DNA of 64,000 nt from NCBI GenBank assembly GCA_963734545.1, contig CAVTHO010000009.1:224001-288000 (forward strand), written 5' to 3'. A model generated the notes under the pieces. That model was not told the DNA's origin and did not search any database. It saw only the letters and a program-made list of their open reading frames with translations. This DNA comes from an uncultured Spirochaetota bacterium. Its GTDB lineage: Bacteria > Spirochaetota > Spirochaetia > SZUA-6 > Fen-1364. Positions 53,581-63,761 of the stretch are shown piece after piece (positions within the stretch are counted from its first letter, which is position 1; every line of letters starts with the position of its first letter). The position numbers were made by a program, and so were the translations under genes.

Positions 53581-55021
53581 TCTATCCGCCATCTCCGGCA
53601 TGCAGGTGACTGTCATGGGGCTGGGCATCCACGGCGGCGGGCTGGCCTCCGCGCTCTTCTTCGCCCGGCGCGGCGCCCGGGTGACCGTGACCGACCTGCG
53701 CTCCGCGGGAGGTCCTCCGGGAGCCGATCGAGCAGCTTCGCGAGTTTCCCATCCGCTATGTCCTGGAAAGGCACGACGAGGCGGATTTCACAGGGGCCGA
53801 CCTGGTGATAAAGAACCCCGCCGTCCCCCCTCATCCCCCTACCTCCAGGTGGCGCTGGAGCAGGCGTGGCCGTCGAGACGGACCTCTCCGTGTTTCTGTC
53901 CCTTGTCGAAAAATCCCGTTCTCGCCGTGACCGGCTCAAAGGGCAAGTCCACGACCGCGTCGGCCATCGCCTTCGGCCTGGCGCGCCGTGTTCCCCGAGG
54001 CACGGCTCGGCGGCAACATCACCGTTTCACCTCTCACCTTCCTGGACGAGCTGGCCCCCGGCGCCCCTGTGGTGCTGGAGCTTTCATCCTGGCAGCTCGG
54101 GGACCTGAAAGGCCGCGGGCTTCTCACCCCGGCCGTTTCCGCCTTCACCGTCATCCTGCCCGACCACCTGGACAAGTACGCCGGGCATGGATGAATACGT
54201 GGCGGACAAAAAGGCGATATTCCAGGAGCAGGGACCGGCGCAGAACGCGATATTCAATCTCGACGACCCCTGGCAGCAGGACTTCCCCGCGCGAGACCCG
54301 GGCGCGCCCCTTCTTCTACTCTGCGCGCCCGCTGACCGGAGGGAGGTGCGGCGCGTGGCTCGAAGAGGCCGGCGGCCGAAGCCGGCTGGCACCCGGCGGC
54401 GCGGAGGAAGCCATCCTCGGTGACAGCCGCCTCCCCGGGGCTCACAACAGGATGAATCTCCTGTGCGCCGGGCTGGCGCTGCGCCTTTTCGGCGTTACGG
54501 CCGGCGCCGTGCGCGCGGCGCTTGCGGAGTTCCCCGGAGTGGAGCACCGGCTGGAAATGTTCAGGGAGTGGGAAGGGATCCGGTTCTACAATGATTCCGC
54601 CGCGACCATCCCCCACGCCACCGTTCAGGCGCTGAAGGCGCTCCCGGACCCGATCGTCCTCATCACCGGCGGCACGGACAAGAACATCGACTTCAGCCCG
54701 CTCGCGGAAACGGCGCGGCTTCCCCGGGCCATCGTGCTGCTGGCGGGAACGGGGACAGAGAAAATCCGCGGCGTGCTCGACGCGCAACAGGTGAGTTATG
54801 AAGGCCCGTTCGGGAGCCTGCGTGAAGCGCTCGATGTGGGCATCATGCGCGCGCGCGGCGCGATGACGGACCGGGGCGTCTCGATACTCTTCTCCCCCGG
54901 GTGCACGTCCTTCGGGATGTTCCTGAACGAGTTCGACAGGGGAAGGAAGTTCAAGGAAACAGTGACGGCCCGGATTTCTACAGGGCCTTCTCCAGAAACA
55001 GGGCCCCCGCAATCGGATTGA
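53570..55021 (+). CDS. murD: UDP-N-acetylmuramoyl-L-alanine--D-glutamate ligase; frameshifts
   Basis: MGLGIHGGG, VTGSKGKSTT, GGNI, LELSSWQL, PDHLDKY, EHRLE, YNDS, FSPGCTSF. Confidence 0.9.
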   Translation: MKADLSAISGMQVTVMGLGIHGGGLASALFFARRGARVTVTDLRSAGGPPGADRAASRVSHPLCPGKARRGGFHRGRPGDKEPRRPPSSPYLQVALEQAWPSRRTSPCFCPLSKNPVLAVTGSKGKSTTASAIAFGLARRVPRGTARRQHHRFTSHLPGRAGPRRPCGAGAFILAARGPERPRASHPGRFRLHRHPARPPGQVRRAWMNTWRTKRRYSRSRDRRRTRYSISTTPGSRTSPRETRARPFFYSARPLTGGRCGAWLEEAGGRSRLAPGGAEEAILGDSRLPGAHNRMNLLCAGLALRLFGVTAGAVRAALAEFPGVEHRLEMFREWEGIRFYNDSAATIPHATVQALKALPDPIVLITGGTDKNIDFSPLAETARLPRAIVLLAGTGTEKIRGVLDAQQVSYEGPFGSLREALDVGIMRARGAMTDRGVSILFSPGCTSFGMFLNEFDRGRKFKETVTARISTGPSPETGPPQSD

Positions 55022-56027
55022 AGATGTACGGCGCGATTTCCTGAAATCCGAACGATTTGTACAGGGCAACCGCGCTCTTCATGGAAGGGAGCGTGTCCAG
55101 ACGCATGGAAGTGTACCCGCGGGCCCGGGCTTCCTCGATGAGCCTGATGATGAGCGCGCGCCCTATCCCCAGGCCGCGTGCGGCAGGCCTGACATAGAGC
55201 CTCTTCATTTCGCAGGTGCGCGCGTCGATCTTCCTCAAAGCCACGCAGCCGCACGGCTCTCCCCGGTTGCGGGCAAGAATCATCACGCCATCCGGCTGCG
55301 CGTATTTCCCCGGCAAGCCTTCCAGCTCGGCATTGAAATCCTGGAATGACAGGTCGATCCCTATCGAGGCGGCGTATTCCTTGAAAAGCGCTCTCATGAG
55401 CGGCATCTCCGCGGAGGTGGGGACGCTGTAGAGGACCGTGCTCTGAGGGCCGGCTCCGGCCTTCTTTCTCTTCACAAGGACTTTTCGGTAGTCCCATTCC
55501 ACCACGAGAAACTGGCCGGCGGACAAGCCGGACTTCAACGCGGCACTGAGCCACCCCGCCTGGGCATCTCCGATTTCATCCTTCGAGGAGGAGCACTTCA
55601 TCTCCACGAACACCACCGCCCTGTTCGCCCACAGGATGACGTCCCAGCATCCGGCCTTGCTGTTGTTGTTGTTCGCGGCGATGCGCGAGATCAACTGGTT
55701 GATGTACGTGTTGAGCGACGCCCCCTTGCTCTGGTTGGGCATCTTGTCGAAGTATTTTCGATGGTGCGCATCCGCCCAGACCCCCTCCCAGCCGTTCTTC
55801 CGAAAGAGCGTGAGCAGGGCAAACTCCGCGAACATGGCCTGCTTGTCCATCATCACGAGCGGCTTGTTCGACCAGGATTTGTCCAGCCCGACACCGGGCC
55901 GATCGGGACAGGAATTGAAGTCGACGTGATACCCGTGGACGGTCACCTGCCTCCTTTTTTCCAGGTCGAAGGGAACGTCGGCGGTCGGGACGAGCTCCAC
56001 GGGCAGAGGGGGGTAGGTGCTGATCAT
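54978..56027 (-). CDS. VRR-NUC-like nuclease domain fused to a GNAT N-acetyltransferase
   Basis: GCWDVILW..VFVEMK..D.I..AQ..WL; then FQDFNAELEGLPGKY, CEMKRLYVRPAARGLGIG, LDTLPSM..AVALYKSFGF. Confidence 0.75.
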   Translation of the reverse strand: MISTYPPLPVELVPTADVPFDLEKRRQVTVHGYHVDFNSCPDRPGVGLDKSWSNKPLVMMDKQAMFAEFALLTLFRKNGWEGVWADAHHRKYFDKMPNQSKGASLNTYINQLISRIAANNNNSKAGCWDVILWANRAVVFVEMKCSSSKDEIGDAQAGWLSAALKSGLSAGQFLVVEWDYRKVLVKRKKAGAGPQSTVLYSVPTSAEMPLMRALFKEYAASIGIDLSFQDFNAELEGLPGKYAQPDGVMILARNRGEPCGCVALRKIDARTCEMKRLYVRPAARGLGIGRALIIRLIEEARARGYTSMRLDTLPSMKSAVALYKSFGFQEIAPYIFNPIAGALFLEKAL

Positions 56028-56051
56028 GCTGTCGCCGTCACCGAGAATAGG

Positions 56052-56521
56052 TCAGTTCGCGCGCTCAATCAAGTGAGAGCCCGTCTTCTGCGCCCGCGCG
56101 CGCGCAAATTGCACGTAGGGCACGATCACGTCATTCATGTACCGCCCGGTGCCGTCGTAGGTGATGCTCACGACGGGCACCCCGGTGAGCCTCTCGATGT
56201 CGCTCGCCATGGCCTCGGTGACCATGGACGGGCAGCAGAACCCCGGACTGGTCTGCACGAAGAGGGCCAGCTCGGGGTGGAGTTTGTCCGGGCGCCGCGG
56301 TAGTTTCCCTCTCGATCGAATCGGATGAGCCCGAACTTCTCGCCTCCCACGAAAATGATGGACTTGACCGAAGGAGAAAAACGGCGGCACGCGGCGATCA
56401 GCGACACCCGGGTGTCAAAGGCAGCCGCGCCCCGCATGAGCAGCGGGCTTGCCGAAGTAAAGCCTATGCCCGAAAGGGGGACGGGGCCGATGTCGACCCC
56501 GAGGAACCCTGGATCGAGCAT
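56052..56521 (-). pseudogene. Collapsed relic of a large CoA-substrate activase (BadF/BcrA-type ATPase) / dehydratase gene
   Basis: N-terminal LGVDIG..VGGEKFGLIRFD..GNY..RTNS abuts C-terminal LFVQTSPGFCCPSMVTEAM..IERLTGVPVVSITYDGTG. Confidence 0.7.
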
Positions 56522-56611
56522 AGGCTGCCATAGTACTCGGATTTGAGGAAAGTCAACTGGTCCGGCAGCGCGCCCGGGCGTGCGCCGCCGGTTCTCAAGC
56601 TGAGATCAGGA

Positions 56612-57190
56612 TCAATAGTTCTCCGCGAGGACCTCGTAGAAGGATTGCGGATGCCTGCAGGCAGGGCATTCCTTCGGCGGTTCGGTTCCCTCGAAGACAT
56701 ACCCGCAGTTGATGCAGTGCCACTTGACCGCGGTCTTTCTCTTGAATGTCTCCCCGCTGACGACATTGTCCACGAGCTTGCGATAGCGCGCCTCGTGGAA
56801 TCTCTCCGCCTTTGCGATCTGTTCGAATGAGCGCGCCACTTCCGGAAATCCTTCTTCCCGGGCGATCTTGCCGAACTCGGGATACAGGGTCGTCCACTCC
56901 ATCTTCTCACCGGCCGCGGCGGCTTCGAGGTTCGACTTCGTGTCCTTGATGGCGCCGGCCGGGTACGTCGCGGTGATCTCGAGATCACCGCCCTCGAGGT
57001 GGCTGAAATACACTTTTGCGTGCTCTCTCTCGTTGTCCGCGGTCTCCTGGAAGATGTTCGCAATCTGCTGGAAGTTCTCCTTGCGGGCCGCGCTGGCAAA
57101 GTAGGTGTACCTGTTCCTCGCCTGTGACTCTCCCGCGAACGCCTTCAACAAATTTTGCTCGGTCTTCGATCCTTTGATTGATTTCGCCAT
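56612..57190 (-). CDS. rbr: Rubrerythrin
   Basis: AFAGESQARNRY, EREHA, ERFHE, CINCGY..CPAC.HP. Confidence 0.97.
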   Translation of the reverse strand: MAKSIKGSKTEQNLLKAFAGESQARNRYTYFASAARKENFQQIANIFQETADNEREHAKVYFSHLEGGDLEITATYPAGAIKDTKSNLEAAAAGEKMEWTTLYPEFGKIAREEGFPEVARSFEQIAKAERFHEARYRKLVDNVVSGETFKRKTAVKWHCINCGYVFEGTEPPKECPACRHPQSFYEVLAENY

Positions 57191-57376
57191 TCTGGTCCTC
57201 CCTGGGGTTTCCTCATGATAGCCGATGCGAGGATCTCCTGTCAACGAAAACGATGTGGGAAACACGCTCCGCAACGCGTCTTCCAGGCCTGGAACACGGC
57301 TCCGGCTTGACCAGCCGCGGTTTTTCGGGGTATTCCTTCAACGTACGAATCGTACGCAATCAGAGGAGAAAAGCGA

Positions 57377-60338
57377 ATGAGCGCGGCAAAGAACGTCTAT
57401 CTATTCGGGGGCGGCAAGGCTGACGGCGACGAGAAGATGAAGAACCTTCTCGGCGGCAAGGGCGCCAATCTCGCCGAGATGGCGGGCCATTCGGACCTTC
57501 GCCTGCCCGTTCCCGCGGGATTCACCATCACCACCGAGGTGTGCAACCATTTCTTCAAGAACAAGGGCAAGTATCCCGCCGGCCTCGACGCCGAGGTTGC
57601 CGCGGGTTTGAAGCACATAGAGAAAATCATGAGCCACAAGTTCGGGGACCCGGACAATCCCCTCCTGGTCTCCGTGCGCTCGGGCGCGCGCAAGTCCATG
57701 CCCGGCATGATGGAGACGGTCCTCAATGTCGGCCTGAACGAGAAAACGGCGCAGGGCATCATCAAGTCGACCAATAACCCCCGGTTCGTCTATGACGCGT
57801 ACCGGCGTCTCATCCAGATGTATTCCGACGTGGTCATGGAAAAAGCGGAAGGAATCGACCCGGCGGAAGGCCAGGGGATCCGGCAGCAGCTCGAGCGCGA
57901 GCTGGACAAGATGAAGAAGGCCCGAGGCGTGAAGCAGGACACCGAGCTCACGGCAGAGGATCTGAAACAGCTCATCAGGATCTACAAGTCGAAGGTGCGG
58001 GAAGTGCTGGGCAAGGACTTCCCCGAGGACCCCATGGAGCAGGTGTGGGGCGGCATCCGCGCGGTCTTCCAGAGCTGGAACGGCAAGCGCGCCATTTCCT
58101 ACCGCCGCATCGAGGGCATCCCCGACGAGTGGGGCACTGCCGTCACGGTCCAGTCCATGGTTTTCGGAAACATGGGGGATGACTCCGGAACGGGTGTCGC
58201 CTTCACGCGCAATCCCGCAACGGGTGAGAACGTGTTCTACGGAGAATGGCTTCCCAACGCCCAGGGAGAGGACGTCGTAGCGGGCATCCGGACGCCCTAC
58301 CCCATCAATGAGGCGGGCAAGACCGAGCACACCGCTTCGCTGCCCTCCCTGGAGAAACAGTTCCCGAAGATCTACTCCGAGCTGCACGCCATCGAGCTTC
58401 GACTGGAAAGACACTACCATGACATGCTCGACCTGGAGTTCACCATAGAGAAGGGCAAGCTGTGGATGCTGCAGTGCCGGGTGGGCAAGCGCAATGGCCC
58501 CGCGGCTGTCCGCATGGCAGTGGACATGGTCAGGGAAAAGATGATCGTGCCCGAAGAAGCGGTCACCCGCATCACGCCGGCCCAGCTCGACGAGCTCCTT
58601 CACCCCGTCATCGACCCGGTGAAGGAGAAGGTGACCGCCGTGTTCCTCAAGGGGCTTCCCGCGGGACCCGGCGGCGCTGTCGGCCAGGTGGTGCTCACGG
58701 CCAATGACGCGGTGGAATGGACCAGGCAGGGCAAGAAGGTCATCCTCGTGCGGGAAGAGACCAACCCCGAGGACGTGGAAGGCATGCGGGCCGCGCAGGG
58801 CATCCTCACTGCGCGCGGCGGCATGACCTCGCACGCGGCGCTCGTTGCACGCGGCTGGGGCAAGTGCTGCATCGTCGGCGCGGGGGACATGCACGTCGAC
58901 ATGGCGGCGCGGCAGATCAACGTGAAAGGCATCGCGGTCAAGCAGGGAGACTGGCTCACCCTCAATGGGAGCAAGGGCACCGTGTACCAGGGCGCCCTGC
59001 CGCTCATCAAGGCAGCGGGAGAGAACCCCGACTTCGTGGCCTTCATGGGCACATGTGACAAGGTGAAAAAACTCGGCGTGCGCACGAACGCGGACACGCC
59101 GGCGGATGCCAAGAAGGCGCGCGAGTTCGGGGCAGAGGGCATCGGCCTCTTCCGGTTCGAGCACATGTTCTACGGGGAAGGCGCGGACAGGCCGCTGTTC
59201 CTCCTGCGGCGCATGATCGTTTCCAAGACCGAATCCGAGCGGCGCAAGGCACTGGAAGAGCTGTTCCCCTTCATGAAGGACGACGTGAAGAGGACCATGG
59301 AAGTCATGGACGGCCTTCCCGTCACGTTCCGGTTCCTCGATCCCCCTCTGCATGAGTTCGTGCCCAACCGGCCGGAGGAGAGGCAGCGCCTGGCCACCGA
59401 CCTCGGAATCTCCGCGGAGGAGTTCAGCAAGAGGGCAGACAGCCTGCACGAGTCAAACCCCATGATGGGACACCGCGGCGTGCGGCTGGGAATCTCCTAC
59501 CCCGAGATGACGGAGGTGCAGAGCCAGGCAATCCTCGAAGCGGCCGCGGAGCTGATCCAGGCGGGGAAGAACGCGCAGGCCCGAGATCATGATCCCCGTC
59601 ACCTCGACCGTGGTCGAGATCGAAGACCAGAAGAAGCTCATCGAGAAGGTCTACGAGAAGGTGCTCACCAAGTTCGTGATGCCGAAATCGAAGCTCGCGC
59701 TGGTTGTCGGGACCATGATCGAGATCCCGCGCGCGTGCGTGACCGCGGACAAGTTCGCCGCGCAGTGCGATTTCTTCTCATTCGGCACAAATGACCTGAC
59801 GCAGATGGGCTTCGGCTTTTCCCGGGACGACATCGGCGGGTTCCTGCCCAAGTATCTTGAAAAGAAGATTCTCCCGGCAGATCCCTTCCAGACCATCGAC
59901 CAGGAAGGCATCGGAGAGCTGATCAGGATGGGCATCGACAAGGGCAGGGCGGTGAAGCCGACCCTCAAGATCGGAATCTGCGGCGAGCACGGCGGAGAGC
60001 CCGAGTCCGTGAAGTTCTGCCACAAGGTGGGTATGAGCTACGTATCCTGCTCCCCGTACCGTGTGCCGCTGGCCAAGCTGGCCGCCGCGCAGGAAGCGGC
60101 AGCGGATCTGCAGAAAGCAAGGGCAAAGCCGGCTGCCCGGCCCGCGGCCAAGGCTGCCAGGCCCGCCGCGAAAAAGGCGAAAGCAGTGAAAAAAGCGCCT
60201 GCAAAGAAGCCGGCCGCGAAGAAGGCCCCTGCGAAGAAGGCAGCGGCAAAGAAGCCGGCCGCGAAGAAAGCAGCGGCCAGGAAGCCCGCTGCCAGGAAGG
60301 CCGTGAAGAAACCGGCAGCCAAAGGCAGGAAGAGATAG
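57377..60338 (+). CDS. ppdK: Pyruvate, phosphate dikinase with Lys/Ala/Pro-rich C-terminal tail; frameshift near 59575
   Basis: LGGKGANLAEM, SVRSGA, GGMTSHAA, NPMMGHRG, FSFGTNDLTQ, GICGEHGG. Confidence 0.96.
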
Positions 60339-60361
60339 GCCGGCCTTGGATTGAATCAGCG

Positions 60362-60396
60362 AGCCCCGCTGTCGGACCGACGGCGGGGCTTTTTTT
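60362..60396 (+). terminator. Rho-independent terminator after ppdK
   Basis: AGCCCCGCTGTCGG-A-CCGACGGCGGGGCT followed by a T-run. Confidence 0.9.
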
Positions 60397-60425
60397 GATC
60401 GTTCAGAAGGAGCGTGGGGCTCAAT

Positions 60426-61082
60426 CTACAGCCGATATCCAAAAAGAACCGCGAGCTCGAAGTCGAGATTGAGTATCGACACGCCGGAGTATCCTGAGTC
60501 CCTCAAGAGCGCAATTCCATCTTTCTCCGGTTGGCTGAGCAGCTTATAGCCGGCGATAAGCTCGGGCCGCACGTAGATCTTCGGCGTGATCGAGATGTCG
60601 GCGCCGACACCGCCCTTGATCCAGAACTCGTTCGAGTCGGCCTTCTGCCGGCCGCTCAGGTCGTTCCCGATCATGTCGGTGCCGGCGATTGTCAGGTCAT
60701 ACTCGACGCCCAGCATCGGAAAGAGCGTGATCCGGCCGATTTTGAAGGGGAACTTGCCGTAGCCGGCAAACGCCAGGTGTCCCCCGGACAACTTCCTGTC
60801 CGACTCGGTCGTGCTCGCGCCGACGCCTGTCACGGTCGTCTTCTGGTACGCGCCATTGAACATTCGATAGCCGGCTGTGACCTGCAGGTAGGTCAGATCG
60901 ACAAACGCCATGAAGGTGAATGGAATTCGGGAGGTCAATGTATCCGAGCTCGATCCGAAGCCTTCGTATTTCCCCACCGTCATTGAGTAGGCACCGTTTG
61001 CCCCGATCCCTGCGCTGATATCTATCCCGAACGCGCCGGCCGCCAGACACAACAGGGCGAGCACCGCCACCGCCGATTTCAT
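60426..61082 (-). CDS. Outer-membrane beta-barrel-like protein, paralog 2
   Basis: Signal peptide, amphipathic strands, C-terminal LFGYRL. Confidence 0.75.
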   Translation of the reverse strand: MKSAVAVLALLCLAAGAFGIDISAGIGANGAYSMTVGKYEGFGSSSDTLTSRIPFTFMAFVDLTYLQVTAGYRMFNGAYQKTTVTGVGASTTESDRKLSGGHLAFAGYGKFPFKIGRITLFPMLGVEYDLTIAGTDMIGNDLSGRQKADSNEFWIKGGVGADISITPKIYVRPELIAGYKLLSQPEKDGIALLRDSGYSGVSILNLDFELAVLFGYRL

Positions 61083-61145
61083 ACATCCTCCTTTTTTATT
61101 TCATGAGATTATCACCTCCTGTTTCCAGAACTCAAGTCAGGCACG

Positions 61146-61171
61146 AAAAAAGCCGCCCGAAGGCGGCTTTT
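61146..61171 (-). terminator. Rho-independent terminator between the OMP paralogs
   Basis: AAAAAAGCCGCC-CGAA-GGCGGCTTTT. Confidence 0.85.
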
Positions 61172-61209
61172 AAATTGCGGTACAGCGCGCGTGGCAGGTG
61201 CAACCAGAT

Positions 61210-61854
61210 CTACAGCCTGATCCCGAAAAGCACAGACAGCTCGAAGCCCAGGTCGAGCATTGAAACATCAGTGCCGCCGCCGGCCTTGGTGGCATCAACC
61301 AGATCGTTTTCGGGCCCGCTGAGGAGCTTGTAGCCGACGATCACCTCGGGTCGGATGTAGAATTGCGGGCTGACCGATATGTCGGCGCCCACACCGCCTT
61401 TGATCCAGAACTCGGTGGCATCGGACAGGTCCTGGCTGGTCATTTTGACACCGGCCGATGTCCCGGAGATGGCCCGGTCATATTCGACTCCCACCATGGG
61501 GAAGAACGTGATCGGTCCAAGCTCGATGGGGAATTTGCCGTATGCAGCGAGAGATACATAGTTGACGTTGAGTTCCACATCGGTTTTCCCGACTTCGGAG
61601 CCGTCAACGATGGCTTTCATGGTGTAGCCGTTGAGCATCCGATAACCTGCTGAGATTTGCAGGTAGCCCACGTCGACAAACGCCATGAAGCCAAACGGTA
61701 TTCCAGTTATGAGCGTTTCCGTCGGAATTCCAGCCTGTGTTGCCTTCAGCGATGCCATGTAGTAAGACCCGGTTGCTCCGATTCCTACATCGACTGCAAA
61801 TCCAGTCGCTGCCATGCATGCCAGGACAAGCACTACCAGTATTAGTCTTTTCAT
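61210..61854 (-). CDS. Outer-membrane beta-barrel-like protein, paralog 1
   Basis: Shares IPF.FMAFVD..YLQ..AGYRM.NG, YGKFP, EFWIKGGVGADIS, RPE.I.GYKLLS with 60426..61082. Confidence 0.75.
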   Translation of the reverse strand: MKRLILVVLVLACMAATGFAVDVGIGATGSYYMASLKATQAGIPTETLITGIPFGFMAFVDVGYLQISAGYRMLNGYTMKAIVDGSEVGKTDVELNVNYVSLAAYGKFPIELGPITFFPMVGVEYDRAISGTSAGVKMTSQDLSDATEFWIKGGVGADISVSPQFYIRPEVIVGYKLLSGPENDLVDATKAGGGTDVSMLDLGFELSVLFGIRL

Positions 61855-61945
61855 GGATTCTCCTTTTCTTTTATGAAATGGGTGTCCCCGCTACAGCCCG
61901 AATTATAGTCCTTTTTCTCCAGAAATCAATTTATGTTTACTATAG

Positions 61946-63211
61946 TTATTTTGATACATTGGTTTTTGCGGCAAGCAGGGCAGCCTGGGTATTGAGATAG
62001 TCCCGCTCCGGAACGCTCGTCGTTCGGCCCGCTGCGGCGAGATAGTGCTCGATCGCGGCCTTGTCATCTCCGGCCATCTCGTGAAGATGGGCCCGAACCG
62101 CATCGAGCCGATAGTGGCGGGCCATCCGCTCATCGGCATCCAGGGCTGCGAGCAGCTCGAGCCCCACGGCCGGACCATGCACCATTGCCGCGGCAACAGC
62201 GTGATTGAGCGTCACCATGGGATTGTCGGTCATGCGCTTGAGCAGGCTGTACAAGACCAGGATCTGCGGCCAGTCGGTATCCTCGGCGCGCGCCGCCTCG
62301 TCGTGGACGGCCGCGATCGCTGCCTGGAGCTGATACGCGCCGATCGATCCACGGGAGAGTGTGCCGCCGAGGAGCGCGACGCCCTCCGAAACAGCCTGCC
62401 GGTCCCACAACGCTCGATTCTGCTGCGCGAGCGGGATCAGCTCGCCGTCCGGCCCGGTGCGCGCCGGGCGCCGCGCATCCGTCAGCAGCATCAGCGCAAG
62501 CAGCCCCGCAACCTCGCCGTCTTCCGGGAGCTGGCTGTGAACGGCCCGCGTGAGCCTGATCGCCTCATTCGAGAGGTCGCTCCGCTGCAGCCGGGGACCG
62601 ATGCTGCTGGTATAGCCCTCGTTGAAGATCAGGTAGAGCACGTGCAGGACCGAGCCCAGCCTTAGGGAGCGCTCCTTGTCGGTGGGCATGGCGAAGGGAA
62701 CTCCAGACTCCTTGATGCGCTGCTTGGCACGGCTGATCCGCTGTGCCATGGTCGCTTCGGGAACGAGAAACGCGTTGGCGATCTCGGCGGTGGTGAGGCC
62801 GCCGACGGCGCGCAGGGTGAGCGCAATGGCCGACGGCGGGGTGAGCGCGGGATGGCAGCACATGAACAACAGGACCAGCGTGTCATCCTGGTCAGCCCCG
62901 TCATCCGGCTCCGGCGCCGCCGGCGGATCGGTCCATTCCCGCAGGGCCCAGGATTCTTCGCGCCGTCGGCGCGCGAGCTCGCTGCGCATGGAGTCGATCA
63001 TGCGGCGGGAGGCGACCTGGATCAGCCACCCCCGCGGGTTGTCCGGCATGCCCTCCCGGGGCCACTGCACGGCAGCGGCGAGCAGCGCCTCCTGGACCGC
63101 GTCCTCCGCTGCGGAAAAGTCGCCGAAACGGCGCATGACCGCCCCGAGCACCTTCGGGCCCAGCTCGCCAAGCAGTTTCTCCGAGGCGCCGCGGCCGGAT
63201 TCGTCTGTCAC
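61946..63211 (-). CDS. ECF42-type sigma factor with C-terminal TPR extension
   Basis: AEDAVQEA, LLFMCCHP, TMAQRISRAK, LYLIFNEGY, YQLQAAIAAVH, TDWPQI. Confidence 0.93.
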   Translation of the reverse strand: MTDESGRGASEKLLGELGPKVLGAVMRRFGDFSAAEDAVQEALLAAAVQWPREGMPDNPRGWLIQVASRRMIDSMRSELARRRREESWALREWTDPPAAPEPDDGADQDDTLVLLFMCCHPALTPPSAIALTLRAVGGLTTAEIANAFLVPEATMAQRISRAKQRIKESGVPFAMPTDKERSLRLGSVLHVLYLIFNEGYTSSIGPRLQRSDLSNEAIRLTRAVHSQLPEDGEVAGLLALMLLTDARRPARTGPDGELIPLAQQNRALWDRQAVSEGVALLGGTLSRGSIGAYQLQAAIAAVHDEAARAEDTDWPQILVLYSLLKRMTDNPMVTLNHAVAAAMVHGPAVGLELLAALDADERMARHYRLDAVRAHLHEMAGDDKAAIEHYLAAAGRTTSVPERDYLNTQAALLAAKTNVSK

Positions 63212-63609
63212 CAGTCCTCGCTCTGGTGGCCCATCACCGGGCGCACTTCGATTGGGACATTTGCGGGCCCGCCCCCGGGTCCCGGCAGTGCCGACAACCG
63301 GCCCGCGATCTCGCAGGCGCGCTCCGGACTATCGACGTCGACGATCCAGTACCCGGCGAGAAACTCCTTGGACTCGGGGAAGGGGCCGTCCGTAACCGCC
63401 GGAGCGCCGTCCGTTCTGGCGCGCACCACCCTCATCCCTTCCGGTCCGCCGAGACCCTGCGTGCCGACAAGCTCTCCGGCATCGGCGAGCTCCTTGTGGA
63501 AACGGTGCAGGAAATCGATGTTCGCCTTGACGTCCTCCGGCGGCCAGGTGCCGATGTTGTTGGCTTTCCAGTCAGCCACGGAGAATTGCATCATCAATAT
63601 GTACTTCAT
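63208..63609 (-). CDS. YciI/DGPF family protein
   Basis: MKYILM, VTDGPFPESKEFLAGYW, IEVRPV; coupled to the ECF42 gene. Confidence 0.93.
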   Translation of the reverse strand: MKYILMMQFSVADWKANNIGTWPPEDVKANIDFLHRFHKELADAGELVGTQGLGGPEGMRVVRARTDGAPAVTDGPFPESKEFLAGYWIVDVDSPERACEIAGRLSALPGPGGGPANVPIEVRPVMGHQSEDW

Positions 63610-63634
63610 GACGTTGATCCTCCCTCGGAAACAA

Positions 63635-63661
63635 GTCGGAGCACGCCGGGAATCCTCGACA
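63635..63661 (-). promoter_or_regulatory. ECF42 autoregulatory promoter
   Basis: Minus strand TGTCGA-17 nt-CGAC, matching the described ECF42 motif, upstream of the DGPF gene. Confidence 0.75.
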
Positions 63662-63761
63662 CGCCGCGCAGGGAATTCCGACACGATTTGGCCGAATTGT
63701 CGATACCGAAAATTCCCGGCGGCATGCGGCAGGCGAGCCGCCAGGCTGTGGGGGATGGCGC

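Noticed and set aside
59570-59600. Programmed frameshift in ppdK and others
   Set aside because: No convincing slippery site; the window-wide indel pattern points to sequencing error
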